Shown: positions 30,681 to 40,696 of the stretch, in pieces
Numbering within the stretch: position 1 is the stretch's first letter
Layout: each line of letters starts with the position of its first letter
Assembly: GCA_964538855.1 (NCBI GenBank)
Contig: CAZIEY010000002.1
Span: 153,007 to 217,006, forward strand
Source: an uncultured Candidatus Saccharibacteria bacterium
GTDB lineage: Bacteria > Patescibacteriota > Minisyncoccia > Phycocordibacterales > JAACPR01
Length of the DNA: 64,000 nt
Reading direction: 5' to 3'
Program-made: the position numbers and the translations under genes
Notes under the pieces: model-generated
The model's database searches: none
What the model saw: the letters and a program-made list of their open reading frames with translations, nothing else
What the model was told of the DNA's origin: nothing

Positions 30681-31133
30681 ATGAACCGCATCATTTTTCT
30701 ACCCGCAAGTTCAGACACTGAAACTCGTTTAAGCCAGGCCGCTTACTATGATTTGGGTGTTTGCCTCGAAAAAATTAGGCCGCTTCTGCCAGACCACGAT
30801 CCAGACAGTTCTCTGGTCATGGTCCTTCGTGGAACTCACCCAATGTCAAAGAAAACTGCTGACATTGTGTCCGTGGCTTTTGAAATCTCAAAGGACCCCA
30901 GAGCACGGTTCGATGAGACTGGTAAACCAACGTTCTCGAATTGGTATGACAGTCTTATGAGAGTTGGAAATGTTAAAATAGTGCTGGTGGTTATACAGCT
31001 AGAACACATTCGGACATTTGCTGAATACACAGCTCGACGTTCACTTGGAAATGACGACTTGAGAATCCGTGGGGATATCAGGACTGATCAAATAATTGTT
31101 CTGGACCCCGAGCGACCTAGCGTTGTAATCTAA
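30681..31133 (+). CDS. Hypothetical protein (locally elevated GC ~48 %)
   Basis: Start at MNRIIF with AGGAG RBS; followed by terminator gacacccc-N-ggggtgtc-TTTTT. Confidence 0.4.
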   Translation: MNRIIFLPASSDTETRLSQAAYYDLGVCLEKIRPLLPDHDPDSSLVMVLRGTHPMSKKTADIVSVAFEISKDPRARFDETGKPTFSNWYDSLMRVGNVKIVLVVIQLEHIRTFAEYTARRSLGNDDLRIRGDIRTDQIIVLDPERPSVVI

Positions 31134-31282
31134 ATGGTAATAATTAAAAATCATTGTCTTACCTTTTGACACCCCGACTTATACACAAAGGGGTGTCGTT
31201 TTTGTTTAATTGACCACATATTTTTTTCAAATTATACTAATGATGTTTAGAATAAATTTCTTATTAAAGCTTTAAATAAAAC

Positions 31283-31614
31283 ATGCAAACACCAGCACAA
31301 GTTCCGCACATTGGTTTTTATCGACATTACAAACACAATCCGACTCAGAGCGTCAATAATTATACTTACGAAGTACTTGGAACAGGTCTCCACACTGAAA
31401 TTGACGGTGCTTTTTTGTGGTATATCGCCCATTATATGAGGAGTCGTCTGCGTATCAAGCTGGGAAACTTTTCACTCTCCGTCCTCTCGATATGTGGAAT
31501 GAGAATGTGACTAAAGACGGCACAACTTTTCCAAGATTTACTAAGATTACCGACCAAAAAATTATTTCACAGCTCATCGCAAACCGAGACAAAATGTACT
31601 CTCATGTGATATAA
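31283..31614 (+). pseudogene. DUF1653-family gene interrupted by a frameshift inside a T6 homopolymer (31413-31418)
   Basis: Frame 2 encodes HIGFYRHYKHNP...YEVLG...TEIDGAF, frame 1 continues VYRPLYEESS...LRPLDMW; both halves match the DUF1653 consensus (YRHYKG...VVYR.LY...W.RP). Confidence 0.6.
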
Positions 31615-31647
31615 TTGAACGCACTTAACAATATAATTTCAGAACAC

Positions 31648-32103
31648 ATGTCACTATACGAAACAATTAAAACCGATTTGAAAGAAGCTATGAAAGCAAA
31701 GGACGCCGCTCGATTAAACGTGGTGCGCGGGATTTTGTCGGCTTTTACTAACGAATTAGTGGCAACTGGAAAAACTCCTCAGGACGCAGTCGATGATGAG
31801 CTCGCCCTCAAAGTCCTGACTCGAGCCGCAAAACAACGAAAGGACGCGATCGAACAATTTGAAGCAGGTGGCCGTGCAGACCTCGCTGAAAATGAAAAAG
31901 TAGAACTCGCCATGCTCGAAAAATATCTCCCTCAATTAATGAGTGAAACTGACATCAAAAAAATCGTTGACGCCAAAAAGACAGAAATGGGTGTGACTGA
32001 CAAAGCTAAAGCTGGCCAATTTGTGGGCGCCCTCATGAAGGAATTAAAAGGCAAGGCCGACGGAATGCTCGTCAAAAAGATTGTTGACGCGTCGTTTGAA
32101 TAG
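31648..32103 (+). CDS. GatB/YqeY-domain protein
   Basis: LKEAMKAKD..RL.V.R.ILSA...E...........DDE...VL....KQRKD...........L...E..E...L..YLP pattern. Confidence 0.7.
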   Translation: MSLYETIKTDLKEAMKAKDAARLNVVRGILSAFTNELVATGKTPQDAVDDELALKVLTRAAKQRKDAIEQFEAGGRADLAENEKVELAMLEKYLPQLMSETDIKKIVDAKKTEMGVTDKAKAGQFVGALMKELKGKADGMLVKKIVDASFE

Positions 32104-32121
32104 TTTTTGAGCCTGATATTT

Positions 32122-32931
32122 TTAAGCTAATTTACGAAGTTCGAGACACATAAAAAGCGGGAATTCTTTCCGAGCGCGATTTTCTGCTTCGGCACGAACA
32201 CCAACTTCACTTGTTTTATGAGAAATCCATTCTTCGATTTTTGAAATAGCGAGTCCGTGTTTATGAAAGGTTTTTGAATATACTTGGAGAGGCCGATGAA
32301 ATGATGTGGTGATTTCCTTATTTGAAAGACTACCCGGATTCATGTCGATTGCGATTTCTTCCTCTGAGAGATATTTTTTCATCACACGTGTCTGGGTTTT
32401 TGATTTCTCATCAAACATCCAGTCACTTTGTTTTGGAATTCGAAATGCGGGATGATTCAGAACGATATATGCTCGTCCTTTTGGCGAAAGAAGGCGCGAC
32501 ACATTTGTAATTACTGCATCCATATTACGCATATTTTGAAGTGCTAAAATAATTGTTATCACGTCAAAAGTTCGGTTGGGTAAAATCGTCGCATCATCTG
32601 CAGATGCCACAATATAATTAATATTCTGATTTTTTTGTTTCGCAAGCGCGATCAATTCACCCCCCAAATCAATTCCAAATAGATTCTCTGGTTTTGTTCG
32701 AGCCGAAAACTTTTCCAAGAAAAAACCCTGTCCGCAGCCAAGCTCGAGCATAGTTTCACCTTGCTTTAAAGCCACCAAACGATCTAGATTTGGCGCTACA
32801 ACCATCGAATGGTAACTATCCTTATCTTCGAGATGTTTATCGTACCAGTGGGCAACACTGCCCCAATCTGTGGCTTTGGAATGAGACTTTTGAATGGCTT
32901 GTTTGAGCTGTCGGCGACCTTTTTTAAACAT
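32122..32931 (-). CDS. Class I SAM-dependent methyltransferase
   Basis: Start at MFKKGRRQ (longer ORF would overlap the next gene); LELGCGQGFF motif I, acidic motif II, DVITII. Confidence 0.7.
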   Translation of the reverse strand: MFKKGRRQLKQAIQKSHSKATDWGSVAHWYDKHLEDKDSYHSMVVAPNLDRLVALKQGETMLELGCGQGFFLEKFSARTKPENLFGIDLGGELIALAKQKNQNINYIVASADDATILPNRTFDVITIILALQNMRNMDAVITNVSRLLSPKGRAYIVLNHPAFRIPKQSDWMFDEKSKTQTRVMKKYLSEEEIAIDMNPGSLSNKEITTSFHRPLQVYSKTFHKHGLAISKIEEWISHKTSEVGVRAEAENRARKEFPLFMCLELRKLA

Positions 32932-32962
32932 TGAATTATTATAACACGCTTTGAGTGTTAAA

Positions 32963-33535
32963 TCAATATTTGATTCTAATTCCCCATGTATTGGCTTCTT
33001 CTGTACGTTCGCGGCGGGATATACTGAACTGCCACACTGAAAAAGCAATCGCGACCCAAAGATACCAAAAACGATAGTGAACCCAAAATTCCGGCGTGAA
33101 AAATATTCGCACGATTTCGTTTGCTCCGGCCGAAACGAGCATAAAAATCCCCCACCTGCGCGTTGTAATGAACCAACCTCGATCAGAGATTGCGAACAAA
33201 TCACTAAAGATTTTCTTGAGTGGATCTTTGCCCATCGCGAGAGAACCGAGCAGTAGTACTCCAACCACTGCGTTGTACAGCGTATTCTCGAAAATAATAT
33301 ATTCCGGATTATCAAAAATGACGGTCAGCGATCCAAAGCCTGCCGTCAAAATTGTGACAATAATTGGAAACCACATAATGCGTCGCTCTACAATCAAACT
33401 CGCAACCGTCACAATTGCAGTCGTGACAACCAACACAATTGTGGCTTTGATAAAGTCCACAAAATAAAATGCTGCGAAAAATGCCAAAATTGGCCCAAAG
33501 TCAGACGCGAAGATGAAGAGGACCTTATGAAGCAT
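32963..33535 (-). CDS. YciB/IspZ-like intracellular septation membrane protein (putative)
   Basis: 190 aa, 5 TM helices, N-terminal FIFASDFGPILAFF; family assignment by similarity of layout only. Confidence 0.4.
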   Translation of the reverse strand: MLHKVLFIFASDFGPILAFFAAFYFVDFIKATIVLVVTTAIVTVASLIVERRIMWFPIIVTILTAGFGSLTVIFDNPEYIIFENTLYNAVVGVLLLGSLAMGKDPLKKIFSDLFAISDRGWFITTRRWGIFMLVSAGANEIVRIFFTPEFWVHYRFWYLWVAIAFSVWQFSISRRERTEEANTWGIRIKY

Positions 33536-33538
33536 TAT

Positions 33539-33955
33539 TTATTTTTTTAATTTCATCTGAGCCTCTATATTTTGCTGATTTTTTAGACTTTTCTCTAAAC
33601 CAGATCGCTTTAATTCAAGTTTTTTAGTCTCATTAGTAACCTGACTAATTTCTGATTCAATTTTTTGCAAATCACTGGTTTTTACATTTAATTGACTTTG
33701 AACTTTTTCTATATCGGATTGAATAGCTTTCAATTCTTTGTCTATATCTAATTGAATTCTTCTCAACTCTTCACCTCTATCTCTCTGTTTTTCTTTGTAT
33801 TTTGTTGAAATTTTATCCACCTCTCTCTTTAAAAAATCTACGGCTTTTTCTAATTCATTTTCCTCACCCTTAAATCTTTCTAAGTTGGAATATTCCTGAT
33901 GTAAGGCATTAGAAATTTGTGCCAATTCTTGCGTTATTTGTTGTGATGATGACAT
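33539..33955 (-). CDS. Hypothetical coiled-coil protein
   Basis: Heptad-rich, charged 138-aa ORF. Confidence 0.4.
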   Translation of the reverse strand: MSSSQQITQELAQISNALHQEYSNLERFKGEENELEKAVDFLKREVDKISTKYKEKQRDRGEELRRIQLDIDKELKAIQSDIEKVQSQLNVKTSDLQKIESEISQVTNETKKLELKRSGLEKSLKNQQNIEAQMKLKK

Positions 33956-33971
33956 ATTTTTATTACATTAA

Positions 33972-34973
33972 TTACTTCTTCGGTTCACCATGTGCATGCG
34001 AACCAGCGTCTACTTCGTAATTTGTGTTCTGGGCTTCGAAGAAATTCACAAGTTCGAGCACATCTGTCGCACCCGTCATCCATTTTGCTGGATTCGTTAC
34101 ATTATACTCTTTTTCAAGACCGAGTTCTTCGAGACGACGGTCAGCCACATATTTCACGTATTGGTTTACGTAATCTGCGTTTAATCCCAAAATTCCGTTC
34201 GGGAACAAGTCGTGGTTATATGCCACTTCTTTTTCAACTCCTTCGACAATGATCCGGCGAATTTCTGCGGCGAATTCCTCGGTCAAAAGGTCTGCATTTT
34301 CTTCGAGCACATTGTGCACCAAATTGATTCCGAATTTGAGGTGGAGAGATTCGTCACGCAACACCCAGTTGATCATTGAACCGAAATTTCGCAATTGATT
34401 TCGTTGTCGGAATGAAAGAGCCACCATAAATCCAGAATAGAACCAAATTCCCTCCATCACAATGTTTGTTGCAACGAGATTTCGAATAAAATCCTTTTTA
34501 CCGTCCACCGAATTAATATCAAGCGTGGTTTCTGTCATTCGCTTTAGATATTTAATGATGTATTCCTCTTTAGCTTTCATCGAAGGAACTTCGAGGTGAA
34601 TATTGAATACTTTTTCTCGGTCGAGTGGGAAGGTTTGCAAGACATATTCGAATGATACGCAGTGATTTGCTTCTTCAAACATTTGCTTTGCCAAATACAG
34701 GTGACATTCTGGTGATTTGAGGTACGGGTAAATACCAAGTGCAATCGAACGATTCACAATCAATTCAGCTGGATTGAAAAACGCCATCAGAAATTTCACT
34801 GCGTGTTTTTCGTCTTCGGTCATTTTTTCCCAATCTTGCAAGTCTTCTTTGAGTGCAATTTCGTGTGGGAACCATGTATTACGCACAGCTTGTTGATACA
34901 AGTCGTATGCCCATTGATAACGAATTGGATGAAGATTCATATCCTCTGGTGATGCTTTTCCGATGATTGACAT
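33972..34973 (-). CDS. nrdB: Ribonucleoside-diphosphate reductase beta subunit (di-iron R2)
   Basis: Ferritin-like E..H iron ligands (EEANHC..., EGIWFYSGF), radical Tyr region. Confidence 0.85.
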   Translation of the reverse strand: MSIIGKASPEDMNLHPIRYQWAYDLYQQAVRNTWFPHEIALKEDLQDWEKMTEDEKHAVKFLMAFFNPAELIVNRSIALGIYPYLKSPECHLYLAKQMFEEANHCVSFEYVLQTFPLDREKVFNIHLEVPSMKAKEEYIIKYLKRMTETTLDINSVDGKKDFIRNLVATNIVMEGIWFYSGFMVALSFRQRNQLRNFGSMINWVLRDESLHLKFGINLVHNVLEENADLLTEEFAAEIRRIIVEGVEKEVAYNHDLFPNGILGLNADYVNQYVKYVADRRLEELGLEKEYNVTNPAKWMTGATDVLELVNFFEAQNTNYEVDAGSHAHGEPKK

Positions 34974-35007
34974 AGTTTTTATTTTAATCTAATAAGGGGA
35001 ATTAATT

Positions 35008-37542
35008 TTACTGGCAACTGTCGCATTGTGCAAGCAGTGCTGGATCAGTTGGGCAAGTTTTAGCTCCTGCAATAATAACCTTTGGTTTTGGTGTGACTGC
35101 TGATACAACTGGCTGTGATTCTATTGTTTGAGTTTCTGCGACAGTTACTGATGGAACGGCTTTTTTGAGTGAACCGAAACCGACACGACCCATTTTAGCT
35201 GATTTGTTTACAGTGACATTTGATTGTTCAGCTGTGTGACGCGGCTTCATGTGGAGATAGTATGTGGTTTTGACACCCTTTTCCCAAGCAGTCATATAAA
35301 TCTTCATGATTTCATCCATATCGCGCACATCGAGGTACATATTTCGAGAAATTCCCTGATCAATCCATTTCTGCGCGCGAGCGGCGACCTCGATAAAGGC
35401 ATAAGGAGAAGTTCCGAAAGAAGTTTTGTAGACGCGTTTGATATAATCTGGAATTTCAGCAATGTCAGAAATATCACCTTGGAATTCAACAATCTTGTCT
35501 TTGACTGCATCCCAAAGTCCGAGATTCACCAAATCTTTTACTAAGTTGTGGTTAATGTCCAAATATTTTCCGGAAATTTTATTTCGAGAAAATACCTGTG
35601 CGAATCGTGGGTCCATACCAGGCACAGTTCCCGCCAAAATTCCAATGTTTGCGTTTGGCGCAGTTGCCATCAAGGTTGCATGTCGCATTCCCTTTTTTAC
35701 TTTTTCTCTCAAAACATCCCAATTCAAACCGCGGTGTTTGCTTTTTACATCGACAGTGAGAGGTTCTCCACGATCTGACGCAAGTCTTTCGAGTGTATCG
35801 ACTGGCACCATACCTTTTGACCAACCAGAACCCTTGAAATGCATGTAACTTCCACGAGATTCCGCAAGATTTGCACTTTCATCGATGGCCATATAGCTGA
35901 TGAATTCGAAAACTCGGTCAGTGAAATCGTAGGCAGCCTCGCTTTCATATGCAAGACCAATTCGTTCAAACGCATCGGCAAGCCCCATCACACCTAAACC
36001 AATCGCGCGATTTTCCTTGTCAGATTTTACCGCCTCTGGAACTGGCAAAAGATTGATATCAATGAGGTTATCAAGCTGTCGAATCGCCATACGCACAGTT
36101 TCCTCGAGCTTGCCCCACTGAATTTCTTTGTTCACGACATGGTTTGCAAGGTTCAATGATGCCAAGTTACAAACTGCGATATTATCTTTGTCTTGTGGCA
36201 AACAAATTTCTGTACAAAGGTTCGACATGTGAATTGTCCCTGTGTTGTTGTTGAGGGCTCGCAAGTTGATGCTGTCTTTCCATGTAATCCAAGGGTGAGA
36301 AGTAGTTTGAAGTGCAGTTAAAATTTGCTTGAAGATTTCGACTGCTGGAACTTTGCGATACACACGTAATTTTTTCTCATCAGCCATTTTAACGTATTCG
36401 TTGTATCGCTTGCTGAATGCAGCACCGTACAATTCACCGAGGTCGGCGACTTCTACTGGATCAAACATGTACCAATCTTCGCGATTTTTAACACGTTTCA
36501 TAAATTCATCTGAAATGAAGGCTGCGGTGTTTGCAGTTCGCATTCTGAGATAATCGTCGCCGGCGTTGTGTTTCCAGTCAATGAATTCTTGGAAATCGAG
36601 ATGCCAAGTTTCCATGTAAAAACAAAGCGCACCTTTTTTCTTGCCACCACGCTGAATAGCACGAATCGCAGTATCGACAATTTTTGCAAACGGTGTCGGA
36701 CCAGTTGAAATTCCGTTATTTGATTTAAGTGGAGATCCTGCCGCGCGCAATTTTGAAACCGAAAGACCAATACCGCCCGAACCTTTTGATAAAAGCATCA
36801 CGTCAGACACGGTTTTTGCGATGTGCGACATATCGTCATGCATTTCAAGCAAGAAACAATTTGAAAGACAAGGGGTTTTTGTTCCTGCGCCAAGATTTGT
36901 TGATCCACCAGCCACATAATCAAGACGAGACATTTTGTCGTAGAATTTTTTCGCCCAGAGTGTCGGATTTTCCTCGTTATATGACAAACCCATCGCAACG
37001 CGCATAAAGAAAAATTGAGGAGTTTCAAGGGGTTCTTGTTTTATTGATCGCAAAGAGTATCTATCGATCAAAGTGGAAAGACCTGCATACTGAAACAATT
37101 CATCTCGATCGATATTGAGAGCTGTGGCAAGTGCCTTCAAATCGAATTTCTCCATCATAAGAGGAGAAAGTCGACCCGCCTCCACACCCTTTTTAATATA
37201 TTCCGGAAAGGCTAATTTATGGGTCTTTTTAAGGTCTGCATAGTCGTCTTTGTTATACTCTGGTAATACTTTTCGATAGATAGTCTTTAAAAGAAGGCGT
37301 GTCGCGACTTTATCATAACCAATATCGTCTTTGATGTTTTGCAAAGCCGCATTTATGGTCGCCGCATCAATTTCATCAGTTGTAATCCCATCATACAAAG
37401 TGATTTGAGTCTCGGTAGCAATTTGGGTTACCATCGAAATTGGGTTCATCAGACCCTTGCAAGCTCGTTCGAGCGACTTGTTAATGAGATCTGCGTTAAA
37501 AGGCTCGCGTGTACCGTTGTTCTTTGTAATTGATATAGCCAT
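35008..37542 (-). CDS. nrdA: Ribonucleoside-diphosphate reductase alpha subunit with N-terminal ATP-cone
   Basis: Start at MAISITKNNGTREPF (ATP-cone); NLCTEI, CNLASLNL active-site Cys motifs; C-terminal CxxC tail. Confidence 0.9.
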   Translation of the reverse strand: MAISITKNNGTREPFNADLINKSLERACKGLMNPISMVTQIATETQITLYDGITTDEIDAATINAALQNIKDDIGYDKVATRLLLKTIYRKVLPEYNKDDYADLKKTHKLAFPEYIKKGVEAGRLSPLMMEKFDLKALATALNIDRDELFQYAGLSTLIDRYSLRSIKQEPLETPQFFFMRVAMGLSYNEENPTLWAKKFYDKMSRLDYVAGGSTNLGAGTKTPCLSNCFLLEMHDDMSHIAKTVSDVMLLSKGSGGIGLSVSKLRAAGSPLKSNNGISTGPTPFAKIVDTAIRAIQRGGKKKGALCFYMETWHLDFQEFIDWKHNAGDDYLRMRTANTAAFISDEFMKRVKNREDWYMFDPVEVADLGELYGAAFSKRYNEYVKMADEKKLRVYRKVPAVEIFKQILTALQTTSHPWITWKDSINLRALNNNTGTIHMSNLCTEICLPQDKDNIAVCNLASLNLANHVVNKEIQWGKLEETVRMAIRQLDNLIDINLLPVPEAVKSDKENRAIGLGVMGLADAFERIGLAYESEAAYDFTDRVFEFISYMAIDESANLAESRGSYMHFKGSGWSKGMVPVDTLERLASDRGEPLTVDVKSKHRGLNWDVLREKVKKGMRHATLMATAPNANIGILAGTVPGMDPRFAQVFSRNKISGKYLDINHNLVKDLVNLGLWDAVKDKIVEFQGDISDIAEIPDYIKRVYKTSFGTSPYAFIEVAARAQKWIDQGISRNMYLDVRDMDEIMKIYMTAWEKGVKTTYYLHMKPRHTAEQSNVTVNKSAKMGRVGFGSLKKAVPSVTVAETQTIESQPVVSAVTPKPKVIIAGAKTCPTDPALLAQCDSCQ

Positions 37543-37826
37543 AATATTAATTATTTTTCTTTTAAAAACCATTTCGATGTTGCACAGAGAGCGAATCAAA
37601 CTCCGCCCAGTTTCCCAGGTTTTGTGTGTCGATTTTTGCTTCTCGAATTGATTTGTTCGTTAATTGTAACTCCGATAAAAAGAATGAAAATGTGGATAAC
37701 TTTTTGGAATACCTTTTGAGGCAAGCGTCAACCGTGTCGCAAAATATTTTTTAAAAAATAAACAAAAAACCCGCTATTATGCGAGTCTTTTGTAACTAAT
37801 AAGTATCTCTAAACCAGTTTTATTTT

Positions 37827-39110
37827 CTATTCTTTATTTTCTTTTCTAAAGAAGAATAGAAACCACGCAACAAAAACTACAAACAACGCGAGAATCGTTG
37901 AAAATATTTTGTGGTCTGTGATAAACGCAAACGACGACACGTTTGCTAATTGATTTGCTCGATCCAATGAGCTTGTACCTGTAGTAGTACTTACAATGAT
38001 TTCCGCACTAGTTGTTACTGTGCTCGTTGCGGTGCTTGTTCCACTAACTTCCCCTGAAACAGTGATTCGAGGAGAGTTATTTGAAATTCGATTAGGTGTC
38101 GCTGTTACCGGATTAATTGGAGTCTGATTTTCTCGTACAGTTGTTACAACATTATTATCATTGCTATTGTTGTTATTACGAGAAGAACTACTTCGCCCGC
38201 TTCCACTTCTGCTAGAAGAACTTTCTTCATCTTTAACAGTAGTTGAACAAGTAGCGTCTATGACAACTTGACCATCAGAAGATGTAACGTCTACTGTAGC
38301 GGTTTTAGTGCCTTCTGTAGTATAAGTTTTCTTTATTGTAGTAGCTGAACCAGATAAATTATCTGTTCCATCCCAATTATAAGTATACGGAGCATCACCA
38401 CCAGACACTGAAACCGACCAAACAACTTCTTCATCAGTCTCTACCTTGCTATTGTCTGCTGAACATGAAGCGGTCAACTCTGCTGCGGCAGCCTCTACGG
38501 TTGCGGAAGCACAATTGAATGAACCTGTAACTACCTGACCGTCAGATGAACTGAGGTTTGAAACAGTACCGGTTTTTACTCCTGCAGTTGTATAAGTAAT
38601 TTTAGTCTTTTCTGTAGTACCAGAAAGACCATCAGTTCCAACGAGAGTGAATCCATATGGAGCAACTCCACCTTTTAATTTAACTGTCCAAGTAGTTTCG
38701 TATCCTGTATTTGAAACAACTTCGTTAGGAGTACAAGAATCAAATTCGAGGGGTGCAATCACAGTGAGACGTGGTGAACATTCTGCGATAGCAACAGTAA
38801 ATGCAGCATCAGTGACGGTTAATTTTGCGCCGTATGAACCAGCGGCTGTGTATGTCTTTGATGCATTTTCAGAACTTCCCGAAATTGGGTTGTTTTGTGA
38901 TCCGAGACTTGAAGCTGACCAAGAGTATGTGTATGGGGCTTCACCACCTGAAACATTAGATTTCCAAGTAACTGTATCGCCAACATAGGCAGAGTCGACC
39001 TCTGCGTTACAAGAAACAGAAAGATCCGCTGTCTGCGCGTTCACCTGTGCAATTGGCGCAATAAGCGCAAATGCCACGATTACAAGCAATTTTGATACGA
39101 ATTTGTTCAT
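37827..39110 (-). CDS. Surface protein with three PKD/Ig-like repeats, Ser/Thr-rich stalk and C-terminal TM anchor
   Basis: Signal peptide; three ~55-aa repeats (W..VSGG.APYTY.W...LSG....K.YT..G.KT.TV...SSDGQVV); low-complexity S/T/N region; C-terminal hydrophobic helix + RKENKE. Confidence 0.7.
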   Translation of the reverse strand: MNKFVSKLLVIVAFALIAPIAQVNAQTADLSVSCNAEVDSAYVGDTVTWKSNVSGGEAPYTYSWSASSLGSQNNPISGSSENASKTYTAAGSYGAKLTVTDAAFTVAIAECSPRLTVIAPLEFDSCTPNEVVSNTGYETTWTVKLKGGVAPYGFTLVGTDGLSGTTEKTKITYTTAGVKTGTVSNLSSSDGQVVTGSFNCASATVEAAAAELTASCSADNSKVETDEEVVWSVSVSGGDAPYTYNWDGTDNLSGSATTIKKTYTTEGTKTATVDVTSSDGQVVIDATCSTTVKDEESSSSRSGSGRSSSSRNNNNSNDNNVVTTVRENQTPINPVTATPNRISNNSPRITVSGEVSGTSTATSTVTTSAEIIVSTTTGTSSLDRANQLANVSSFAFITDHKIFSTILALFVVFVAWFLFFFRKENKE

Positions 39111-39140
39111 ATATTGAATGAATTTATAATTTATTAATTA

Positions 39141-39182
39141 AAGCAGTACCCTATCATATAAATAAACGTATGTCAATAGTAT
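39141..39182 (-). promoter_or_regulatory. Promoter ttgaca-N17-tagggt (minus strand) for the PKD-repeat gene; same motif recurs at 39762-39805
   Basis: Minus-strand reading TTGACAtacgtttatttatatgaTAGGGTactg; twin copy TTGACAaccacaacaaagtatgaTAGGGTgctg. Confidence 0.4.
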
Positions 39183-39278
39183 TGTTCGATTAAATTAAAG
39201 TGGGGTGAGTATAAAAAGAAAGAACCGCCGCGTCCGGTGAAGGATAGCGACGGTTCGGTGGACCCCAGTGCCTCTCGG

Positions 39279-39704
39279 CTACTGGGGGGTTGCGGTGGTA
39301 AGCGGGGTTTTTACCCGAAACACCGCGCGGTTCGCAGGAAAACGAACCGTTTCGACGGTCCAAACAATGGTAGTTCCCGAAAAGGAAACCCCCACAATCT
39401 GGCCTGAAGTAGGTGCCTGGAACGGCCCCGTTGGATCGGTTGCCCGTTCCAACTTGTACGTCCCAGTCACTGTTCCGTAATCGTAGGAAATCATCATGAG
39501 ACTTCCCGAACCCCTGGCGATTTTCACACGACCGGGCTCTGCTGTGGCACCAGTAAGATAGAAAGGCAACAGCGGCCGCGGAGCGTCGTTGATCACCACA
39601 GTTTCAGGTGACCACAACACCACCCCCTCCTGCTGTTCTCCCGCGAAGGAAGATACGAGGCAGAAAAAGGAAAGGATAATCGAAGACAGAACAAGTCGAT
39701 TCAT
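39279..39704 (-). CDS. Secreted hypothetical protein encoded in GC-rich (~57 %) island
   Basis: Signal peptide MNRLVLSSIILSFFCLVSSFA; codon/GC usage unlike flanking genes. Confidence 0.5.
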   Translation of the reverse strand: MNRLVLSSIILSFFCLVSSFAGEQQEGVVLWSPETVVINDAPRPLLPFYLTGATAEPGRVKIARGSGSLMMISYDYGTVTGTYKLERATDPTGPFQAPTSGQIVGVSFSGTTIVWTVETVRFPANRAVFRVKTPLTTATPQ

Positions 39705-39761
39705 AGAAAGAACTCCTCATGCCGTCGTCGAGATACACTTGTACCCCATACAACAACAGAA

Positions 39762-39805
39762 CAGCACCCTATCATACTTTGTTGTGGTTGTCAAATATAA
39801 AAATC
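39762..39805 (-). promoter_or_regulatory. Second copy of ttgaca-N17-tagggt promoter motif, upstream of 39279..39704
   Basis: See 39141-39182. Confidence 0.4.
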
Positions 39806-39833
39806 CTTCATTCAAAATTTAATAAAAATAGAA

Positions 39834-39862
39834 GAGCCCACGGAAACGTGTTCCGTGGGCTC
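39834..39862 (-). terminator. Terminator gagcccacggaa-acgtg-ttccgtgggctc (12-bp perfect stem) for gene 39880..40470
   Basis: Read directly; T-rich on minus strand after stem. Confidence 0.5.
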
Positions 39863-39879
39863 CGAGCATGCGCAGTTTC

Positions 39880-40470
39880 TCAGGCTGCGCAATAGCGAGC
39901 TCTCTCCTTCCTGCGGTGATTGTACTCTGCTTTGCTTCCACGATGATTGTGGGCAGCGGAGACTTCCTTAGCGACTGCAACGGCAAGAATGATTGAACCT
40001 TTTACCCCTTCTTGCCATTTTACAAGAACTGCACCTTGTCCCAACACCCAAGCAGAACCGTGGGTGTTCCCATGCCTCTTGAATGCAGAGGATACCTGGT
40101 CAGCATTCTCCCTTAGTGGAGTGACCAGGATTTTCTCACCGCCCTCCATCGTAACAATGGACTGGAATTCAATTCCTTGACCATCCCTACGTTGGTGACG
40201 CCGAAAGACCACCTCCGTACCCGACAGATCAGGGATTCGGTACTTGATCGTGACAAGGATACGATGTTGGGATTCGTACACAGGAAGTTCCCCCGTTTTT
40301 TTACACAGGTACAACCCCTCCTCTTCAACAGGGATTCCGGGTTGACGAAGGTTTATCCGAAACTTAGTGTCCGGATAATAACCCGATGTGGCTCCCCACT
40401 TTGGGTTTCCCTTCTTAGATGATCCGATTTGGGTCATCCGAAGAACGAGTCCATCTTTGAGAGAGAACAT
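39880..40470 (-). CDS. Hypothetical protein in GC-rich island
   Basis: Start at MFSLKDG with GAGGAGG RBS; no recognisable motif. Confidence 0.45.
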   Translation of the reverse strand: MFSLKDGLVLRMTQIGSSKKGNPKWGATSGYYPDTKFRINLRQPGIPVEEEGLYLCKKTGELPVYESQHRILVTIKYRIPDLSGTEVVFRRHQRRDGQGIEFQSIVTMEGGEKILVTPLRENADQVSSAFKRHGNTHGSAWVLGQGAVLVKWQEGVKGSIILAVAVAKEVSAAHNHRGSKAEYNHRRKERARYCAA

Positions 40471-40579
40471 GAACGACTTCCTCCTCAGGTTAGATTGTAA
40501 TTGGCAGCTCAAAGAGCTCCTCGTCTGATTTAATCATAGAATGAGGAGCTAAGTCAATTAAAATTGACTAGTGGAGAAA

Positions 40580-40696
40580 CTATCGCTTCTTTGATCGTCG
40601 GGCCGCAAGCATCGCCTTTTTAATAGCGAGTCGCTTTTTGGTTTTTCGAGAACGAGAAGTTTTGTTCTTGATGTCTTGTGCTGCTCTTTTTGCCAT
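40580..40696 (-). CDS. Small highly basic protein (38 aa, MAKRAAQDIKNKTSRSRKTKKRLAIKKAMLAARRSKKR); possible ribosomal-like or nucleic-acid-binding peptide
   Basis: ORF below track cutoff, different frame from listed 40558..40767 ORF; composition only. Confidence 0.25.
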   Translation of the reverse strand: MAKRAAQDIKNKTSRSRKTKKRLAIKKAMLAARRSKKR

